A stretch of 60,463 nt of DNA, the filler included, from Sluysia triapertura (taxonomy: Eukaryota): the NCBI GenBank assembly GCA_046118255.1. It is 4 parts of 4 records of this genome, joined end to end, with 100 filler letters (N's around TTAATTAATTAA, not from the genome) between each part and the next. Parts side by side here need not be neighbours in the genome. Positions count along the whole stretch, not along the records: positions 49,444 to 60,463 come from JBJNIA010190053.1; 3 more parts are not named here. One strand, written 5' to 3'. Positions 51,850-60,463 of the stretch are shown here, one piece after another; the first letter of the stretch is position 1; each line of letters begins with the position of its first letter. A program made the translations under genes and the position numbers. Below the pieces are notes generated by a model. It searched no databases and had not been told where the DNA came from. It saw nothing but the letters and a program-made list of their open reading frames with translations.

Positions 51850-54192
51850 CTAAACCTGCTGCTTGTAATAGCGTCTGTCATCTTCATCAGTGAGCACAAG
51901 ATTAAGAAAATAACGCACAGAAAATAATCCACCACAAACTTCATGCATAGTAGGTCTGAGACCTTTAACATCTTTGAGAAACAGTCGAACCGGAATATTT
52001 TCACCACGAACTGGACTTCCATCCATTAGTTCATATTTATTGAGATACGTTGATTCCGAAAATACACCTGGACCTATTTATATATAAGTTTTTTGTTAAA
52101 TTAAAACATTTGTATCAATCAATCTATGACAGATATTCATATTGTAATAAAAACGCGTTATTAATTACTTTACAATGAAGTTGCAAACTTATTCTTTACT
52201 AATGTCCCTTAAGCGCCTTAAAATTATTCGTAAACTTAACGTAAATAGTCTTTACGAAACTCTGGCTTTTAATTCTCTAAAATTAATCGATAAGTTTTAA
52301 TTCCTTTGATTAATCACAAATAACTCTAAAACCTCAATATAAACAGTTTCTATCCGAGAAGTTGTAGTTCTAACTCGTTTCTGATGTAAAATTTTCAATT
52401 TTATGTGAAAATCTCAAATAAAAAGAACTTAATTAACTAGAATATATTCCATATACTTTTGACCAATTTTATTCTATAATATAACTACATTAACATTCGT
52501 CTTAGTGAATGAATAGTTTTTTCCCATTATCAAATTTCTAAGATTTTCTTGAGTAAAAATTTATTTATTTCGTTAAATATTAAATTACCACAATAATTAC
52601 TATTTTAAATTATTTCTTTACAATAACAACTACTTATAATAAATACTTGATTATAGATAGTACACTTTTCGATTCCTTATATTCAGTATCTATATTTCAA
52701 TCTTTATTGTGGAGTCATTTTTGTGATATATTCAAATGCAGAAAGTTACTGTAATATTTTAATTAAATAAAAAAATACTGCAAATGTTATTGATATAACT
52801 TCATTAATGATAAATAAAATTTATTTATTAGTATTCATACCTCCTAAAATAATTTTATTCTATGTATATCTATTAAACAGTAATGAATATTATAAAATTA
52901 GACTTTTGTTCCAATTAATGTACATCAAAAATTTAGGTCAGGCGACAAGTTTGATTTCAAATTAAGTAAAATTTTAACTTGTAATTCAATCAAGTACAGA
53001 TGTAATAGTATATTACCAGAACAATTAATAACTTGTACACTAACAAATCACGAAGATGAAACCTTGTATTCATTTTGGATTATATGCTTTACCCATGTAT
53101 AGAACTCGTCAACTCCGTAGAAACCATTAACATCGTCAAGTATAACCAAACTTTCTTACCACAAACCCAAAGTAAATGCTCTCAAAGTGGGCTGGAAACT
53201 CAAAAAATTGGACTTCTTAAATGTTTTGTTTATACCATTTAACCAAAAAATTTATAACATAACTTAGAAAATTCATAAAATTTAAAATTAGAAACGTTAA
53301 TTGTGATTACAAACCAAAACATCATGATTTCACATTAACATTATCATTTCACCTCGTTTGTTACATATTTTAAGGCAAAACTTAAAAACGTGAAATACAT
53401 TATTATATTAATTAATTTCGAAATTTTAAGTTATTTTTTTAAAAATTAGATAACCTCGTCCAACAGTTTCATGACGTATAATTTGCAAATCCATATACTT
53501 TATTTTCACACGCACAAGTATGAAATATATTTTTCCAATTATGATATCTTCCAAATGGTATCTAAAAAAATTATTACAAAAAAACTGTCTTACCTAACAC
53601 TACTATATTCAAATTCAATATGTAAACTATCTTCAATACCTACTTCCATTCGTACACCTTCACTTAATTCTTGATATAAAGATAACGTCTGGACCTCAAT
53701 TTCCTTTTCAGTAATGGTGTTGTTTAATCTTTGAAGAACATGAACTCTCAAAACATAAATCAGGTTAACATTTATGCCTCTATAAGTTTCATATGGTTTT
53801 CTTACATTTCTAAGTATAATTAAAATCAGTACTTAAATATATTACTTAAATTCAAAAGGATAAGAAACTTGTCCAGCAATAAGAACACCATGTCTTGCCA
53901 AATCTTTTTCTAAGCACAAAAAATCCTGACTTGTTCCTCTATCATACAAAAATTCAATTTTCCCAATTAATTCTATTAATATTCCTTGATGATCCAACTT
54001 TTTGCCCGGTCTAACATTAATATTAACTTTTCCACTAACTGTTTCTCCATCATAATATATAGGTAATTCTTTATTATCTACAGTCACAAATTTTCGACTT
54101 TCCGTATTAAACAGTTCTATATCAATGTCTGCTTTTTTGCCAAAAAGAAACTGAATGTGAAGTAATTATATAATATATATAAATATAACCAT
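51850..54192 (-). CDS. VPS26: Vacuolar protein sorting 26 (retromer subunit)
   Basis: Exons 54192-54190 (ATG only), 54150-53846, 53809-53594, 53561-53455 and 52073-51856, with introns of 39, 36, 32 and 1381 nt. Peptides YYDGETVSGKV, LDHQGI, KPYETYRGINV, MEVGIEDSLHIEFEY, YHLEDIIIGKIYFILVRVKI, KYELMDGSPVRGENIPVRLFL and FSVRYFLNLVLTDEDDRRYYKQQ are diagnostic. The 3' end is uncertain. Confidence 0.96.
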
Positions 54193-56419
54193 TTTAGTAT
54201 TTATACTTTCTCTAATATTTCAATTAAAATTATACAATAATGCTGAAATTAAAACTAATGCACACTAATAAAATATCGCAATATAAATTTTGATAAGATA
54301 ATTATTAAAAAGTAATTATATAGTATTGATAAAATTTTATTTATATAAAATATTAATGATATTAGGTTATATTAAGGAGTTTAAACAAAATTAATATAAT
54401 TAAATAGTTATATTATATTTAATATTTTTCGAAATGAATGTACTACTGATATTTGTAATTTTTTATTTAATTCCTGTGTTGATTTTTGAAAATTATTATT
54501 TTGTAGTTTTAATTATCTTTTTAAATTTTTTTGTTCTAGTGGTAGTTATATGGATAACAACTTTCAATCATGACAAAATTGACATTTTATAAATAAATAA
54601 GATTTATATTTTGATAATTTTTTAATATATTCTTTTACGTATTCATTGTATTCGTACCATGTAATTATCAAAGTTGTTATGGTCGGTCTAGTTCTCGAAG
54701 AGGTTTGGTATGAGAGAATGATGGATTGTTAAAATCAAAGTGATTGGATGATGAAAGGGTATAAAAGGGAATACATGAAAGTTTTTACACAATAATAGTA
54801 ACAGCAGTAATATCCATGTATAAGTAGTTTTATTTATTATTTTATTTTAAAATAATAATTAATGAATAATTAAATATTTTATTAATAAGAATTTTTGATT
54901 CTTTTAAGAGGCTTCCTGTCCAAGTAATTTTAAAGAAGCAGAATTTTGTAAATTATTAATTTTTTATATTTAGATTAAATAATTGTTGATTTTCGGAGGC
55001 TCTCTGACCAAGGAATATTTAACTGAGTGATTTAGATTATATAATATTAAAATTGTTAATCAATTAATTGCAAATTTTTAAAGAGTCTACGGATTTAATT
55101 TTTGTATAAAAACTTTTATTCGGTGCACCATCCTTAGTTCTTTATCAAATTATTGCGTTGTTAGTATTATTACAATATTACTGCTAATTATCTGGTGCTG
55201 ATTTTTATTAAATACAGTTTAAAGACATCTTGGATATTTTGGATATTTTTCTCGATTAAGATTTATCGTAAATATGAGTTTAGTTACATTTAGTTCATTA
55301 GTGCTAATGTAATATTTATATCTCATTGAATATAATTGAGTTGAATATTTTTTATTTTAACAAATTTTTAAATTTAATTCTAGTTTTAAATGTTGAACAT
55401 AAATACATAAATGGAACATTAAACTATATTGATTTGATTGTACGTTGTGCGTTGGCTTATTGATTTTATTATACTATATTTGTTTATTATTGAAAAAACT
55501 TGGATTATTTTATTCGGATTTTATTCATTTTAAATATTTGTTTATTATCAAATTCATTTGATTTTATGTGATTTAAAAATTTGTGGAAGTATGTTATATT
55601 TTTTAATTTTGTTAATTTTAATTTTTGTTAATTTATATATTTTATTTACGATTATTAATTTATTATTTTATTAACGTGACTTAATATATTTTAAATTTTA
55701 ATTTAATTTTTAATTTGTTTTAATCTGACCTTTATATTATTATTATTATTATTCAATTTTTGTTTTATTTTATTTTCATCTGAGTTTAACATATTTGTGT
55801 CATTATAAAATTATTATTTTATTTATTTATTATTATTTAATTCGATTTAATATTAGCTTTTACCAAATCAATTTAAAAGTGTTCAGCTAATTGAAAAAAT
55901 TGATAAATTCCTTAAAAAATGCCATATTATTAAGTTTATTGAAGGTTAACTTTATCGTTGAAGAAATCTAATTCCAAAACAGTTAATAATCTTTTATTAA
56001 TCAAAACAATTTTAACATTTGAATAAAATTTTGAACTATTTAGTGAATTTGAAATTTCTTTAACTCAATTAGTTTTCGAATTAATGTTTTCTTAATTTAA
56101 CACTGAAGCAGAATTAGAAAAACTTGATGGGCTCGGCTACAGTGTACAGCTTACAGTAAATATATGATTATGTTTATTTTATTTTAGAGAGGCTTTTTTC
56201 CACTTATTAAAAATTTAATAATATTTAATAATTATTTAATTATTTATTAATAAAATAATTACTAATAACGGTAAATCAAAATGAAACTTTGATAGTTGGC
56301 TTCCAAAGAGATTAATAAAATGAAAAGTTACACCATTAATAAGCAAATTTCTTTTTAAATACTCTTGTTTATATTGAGCGTCTAGCTAGGTTTTACAGTT
56401 AGTTTCAGTGTAACTCGTC

Positions 56420-56720
56420 ATTTTATGTGCGAATGTGACATTTGATTATAACTTGTATACGAGAAATACAAGGCATCTTCTACGTAATTTTTCGATAGCG
56501 ACCTCCGCATGGTTAAAAGAATTTAGCCTTACTATTTTCACAAAAATGAGATTTTAAATGAAGATTTTTATCCCATTAAATCGGCCAAACAATATTAATT
56601 AAAGAATTTAATATTTGTTCTGGATTAAGAACAATAATAAACTTACCGCAGTACAAAATTATTATTCAGAAAATTGATAATAATTTTGTCGATGAATTTA
56701 TTGTGACTAATTTTCAGTGG
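56420..56720 (-). mobile_element. BEL/Pao pol relic (pre-integrase zinc finger)
   Basis: LILFGRF (ILRVGGRL-like), then NHAEVAIEKLRRRC / ISRIQVIIKCHI (HxGV...LRxxYWI...IxKCxxC-like) in shifting frames. Confidence 0.4.
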
Positions 56721-57756
56721 CCAATGAAAATTGATTAAGATTCAAAGTTTTTTCTTTTTTAGAAACTCTTCTCTTTTTTCGAAAATTCATTAAATTAAAG
56801 AGTTGAAATAGCAATCTAACAATTAAATGTTTTCCAGTAGGTTATTTAAATTGTAATTATTCAGTTATTTATTTGAGTATCTTTACATCGATTGAATATT
56901 TTTTTCATCATTCTAGCATTTTGTTTATATTTCCAATCATCATACTGAAGTTTTATTATTACAATGCTTTGATTTTAATATCTATTATATGTAAAACTAG
57001 TAAGTTTTTCATTTGTTCAAAATACAAAAGTAAACAAAACACTCTAAATTATTATGAAAATAAGAAACTAATGTAATTAGATTTTAATTAATAATCTTTT
57101 ATCCAATATTTTGTAATATTAAATAGCTTAACATTAGTATATCAACATAGATTATTACTATTATTATTTTCTAATTTATTTTATTTATGTGGTAATGTAA
57201 AAGAAAACAAAATTAAAATCTATAAATGAAACATATTTTAAACTATTTATTATCATCAATCCATTTTGATCAGTGTAGTATTTACAACGTTTTACAAAAA
57301 TTTAATATAGTTTAGATTGTGATTATTCTTCAAAAATTAAGTTTTCACCTTTTAAAGTCCTTCTTCTTCATAAACATCTGAACTACTCCTCTTAATTGTT
57401 GATCTAAATGATCAAATTTGATCATTAAATTTGATGATCTTTGTTTGTTAAATTTGTTTTACTTCCATATTAAGTGCTCTAAATTATTCATTATAAAATT
57501 TAAAAAATTATATTGATCGGTGATTTTATAAATATTTGAATCACCGTTCATAAATTGAACTAAATTGTAAAGGGTTAATTAATCATTGTTGATAATGATT
57601 AATGTTGTAATATTTATGTAGAATTTATTTATGTAGAATTATAATATGTAGAATTAGAACTGTTTCTCTGGAGATTTTGTGTCTCCGTTAATTAATTTTC
57701 ATTTATTTAAGTAAGAGAATTTTAATGTACATTTATATTTTGTATTAATGTTCTTA

Positions 57757-57820
<64 letters not shown>
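57757..57820. repeat. (TAT)n microsatellite
   Basis: Read directly. It explains the poly-Ile ORF. Confidence 0.95.
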
Positions 57821-58239
57821 TGTAGTAATGTAATAATACAATAATAATAAAGAAGATTTAGCCATAATAAAGATTGTAACATATCTATAAAAAGGCGGTC
57901 ACATCTAGCATTTAGCAAAGTTGGCTTTATTATTAGTAATATACGTAATATTGGTAAGAGTAGATAGAAGTATATAATATGGCTAATTATAAAAAAATGT
58001 TTGGCTATAATAAACATACTATGTAAACATTAATTTTATTTTATTCGAAGAAGCTATCTTATTATTCGGTTATTTGTTTAAAATCGATAAATATTTTGGG
58101 AAATTTAATGCAAAATGATTATCGAATTATTCTGAAGTGCAAAAAATTAGTCTGTAATTATAATGATTCTTACAACATAAATTGATAAAGATATTTAATT
58201 TTCTATCAAAATCTTTAAACAAAATAATTAAAGTCTTAA

Positions 58240-58681
58240 GCCTAGGATTACCAAGAAAAAATTTACATAGATTACCAAGCGTGGACATTACATATTTCTT
58301 TATTTTCAATAAATTTCATATTTAAATACACTTATTCCCTTGTTGGAATGTAAAAGACAAACATAAATGATGCATTTAACACACATACTAGAAATTCTTT
58401 TGGCTTTTTGCTTTTCTTATTGTCTAACAGAATCTGCCTCGGAATGATGTTATTGTTGTTGTTGATGATGATGGTATTTGGGTTTAAATTTTTCTCTGAA
58501 CAAATGACTTTTATTCCGCTCAAAACATTAGTGTGCAATCATACAATGACGGAAATGATTTTAAATTTTAAATTATAAAATTTCAATAAAATGTTTCACA
58601 ACTTCAACTCAATGTGTTTATTAATTATAAAAATATTAAAATAGCTGTGTACACTTTTGTCCACGCTTAGTAATCATAGGG
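58240..58681. mobile_element. piggyBac-type MITE
   Basis: TTAA flanks. Left end GCCTAGGATTACCAAG..GATTACCAAGCGTGGACA, right end reversed CCCTATGATTACTAAGCGTGGACA. Confidence 0.7.
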
Positions 58682-59625
58682 TTAAACACAGAAACGTGGA
58701 TAATTATTTGTTTAAATGTAGTCGCAATAAGTATCGCAGTTAATGAATGTTAGAAGATTATTATCGACTTATATTTTATTATTAATATCCCACTTCTATC
58801 TTTCTAACAAAACAGATAGAACTCTGACATTAAATGAAATTAATATTGTGATTTTAATTATTAAAACGTTGATTTGAGTATATTAAAGTAATTAATAAAT
58901 AATAAAATAATTAAAATAATTTATTTACGACTGTGCGATTAAGTTATAAACTAACTTGCAATAGTTAAATTAAATTATTTAATATTAGTAATAATAATAA
59001 TAATAACACATATATGTCCCACAAATTTATTCTGTTTAAAATTGATTTGATAATGTTTTCATTATTTATCTCTCATTATTTTGATCTGTTTATGCGAAGA
59101 ATAACATATTTTTATTGATAATGTAAAGAAATAACTTTCAAATAACTTTATATTAACATTAAAATAATTTTAACAAAATTTATAAGAAAATAAATACATT
59201 CTAAATCAATCGCTCAAGAATGTCAACAAATTCAAAGAAATTTCGAAAATCGAATCAAAAATCAAATAGAAAACAATCAATAAATGTATTTTTAAAAGTA
59301 ATAAAAGACAGAATAAAGTGTATTACATTTAATTAGCCAAAAAAGAAACCACAATGAAAGAAAAAACAATAAAAGTGAAACAATGTATAGATTGTAGAAT
59401 AAAATTAAGGCAGATGTAAATGTAATTCTAATACATAGTGAAACTATAGAAAAAAAACCCTTGAAAAATAATATATAAAATTTGATTTACCATTTACATA
59501 TCGGATGAAAATAGTAAAGAATTATGGAATTAAGAATCTAAAAACTGATCAAAAATATTTAAAATTAGGTCATGTAACTACAATATTCTAAAATTAGAAT
59601 ATTTCATAAAAATTAAATTATTTAA

Positions 59626-59785
59626 CACTAAACGTACCACGACCGGTCCAATGACCGTTTTTAGTTTTTACTTTAAAACATACTATGAAATTGTATTGTT
59701 TTTACCATTTTATAATATGACTTTTAATTTTATAATTAATTTTATACATTACCGGTGATTGTATGAAACCTTGGTACGTTTAGTG
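59626..59785. mobile_element. piggyBac-type MITE (160 bp)
   Basis: TTAA-CACTAAACGTACCA ... TGGTACGTTTAGTG-TTAA: perfect 14-bp TIRs and TTAA target duplication. Confidence 0.9.
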
Positions 59786-60406
59786 TTAAAGCATTAAGTA
59801 TGGTTTGAAATTGAGTCACTGTTATGCATGAATTTTATTTTTTTGTTATTTAAATAAACCTTCATTAGTTAGATTAATGAATAAGAGATAAAACAATAAG
59901 TTTAATTTAAACTTAGAATAACAAGCAACAAGTAGTTCTCATTTAAAATAATAAATTCGTTTATTTTATTACAATATTATATTTTTAATTTTATTCACCT
60001 ACAAGAAAATATTACAGCAATAAGAATGTAAAATGATATTTTTATTGTTCTTTTTTCAGTAACTAATTATTACAAATAATAACTACTAGTAATTGCCACT
60101 TTTTGATTCATTTGATTTTACTTTTCGAAGAGAGATGTTGATTTTCCAAAATACTAATAATCCTAGCATGACAATTTTTATATGCATGTGCCATATCTAT
60201 ACTAAGTTAAAATTAAATTCGATTTTAAAATTTCTGATATTACAATAAAGATGTGGATCATAGAAAATGAGAATAAATTGAATGAGTTTCATTTTAGTAC
60301 AGTTGCTTTAGAATATAAAAAATATTTGATATTATACCAACATTATTAGAAAAATACATTTATAAAGCATGGTCTGTTCTGGAATAAAATTCTATAAAAC
60401 CTTTAA

Positions 60407-60407
<1 letters not shown>

Positions 60408-60453
<46 letters not shown>
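60408..60453. repeat. (TA)n microsatellite
   Basis: Read directly. Confidence 0.95.
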
Positions 60454-60455
<2 letters not shown>

Positions 60456-60463
60456 CAGATCCC

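Noticed and set aside
53050-53210. VILDD peptide inside the long VPS26 intron, resembling a viral SF3 helicase Walker B
   Set aside because: Preceded by a stop, no Walker A nearby and too short to support.
16248-54192. Possible non-standard genetic code given the many in-frame stops
   Set aside because: WDR74 and VPS26 translate cleanly with the standard code once short introns are removed. Stops are confined to decayed elements.

Overview
This is a very AT-rich eukaryotic scaffold, almost certainly animal (roughly 20-25% GC by eye). It has four assembly gaps, three of which carry an artificial TTAATTAATTAA linker. Gene density is low and introns are ultra-short (30-39 nt GT-AG). I could assemble four minus-strand genes by hand: WDR74/NSA1 (16248-17399, 4 exons), VPS26 (about 51850-54192, 5 exons, terminal exon unclear), a 73-aa neuropeptide-type prepropeptide (31705-31926) and an unrecognised spliced gene of about 442 aa (47716-49076). 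Decayed relics resembling a class A peptide GPCR (about 43.6-44.5 kb) and cadherin repeats (about 10.9-11.9 kb, weaker elsewhere) are also present. The rest is old transposon debris: Ty3/Gypsy gag and pol relics, BEL/Pao, CR1/L2-like LINE, Tc1 DD34E and pogo fragments, an intact 564-bp TA-flanked MITE and three TTAA-flanked piggyBac-type MITEs. The strongest unexplained signal is an array of at least 9 small hairpins (stem, bulged A, 2 bp, GUA-initiated loop) with compensatory stem changes. They sit downstream of a TATA box and splice donor in copies of an LTR-like leader, one of which precedes a Gypsy gag, making them a candidate protein-binding or packaging RNA element. A tRNA-Ala-like gene with an intact top half but broken D and anticodon arms is embedded in a dispersed repeat. 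All family calls come from motif recognition by eye, not database searches.
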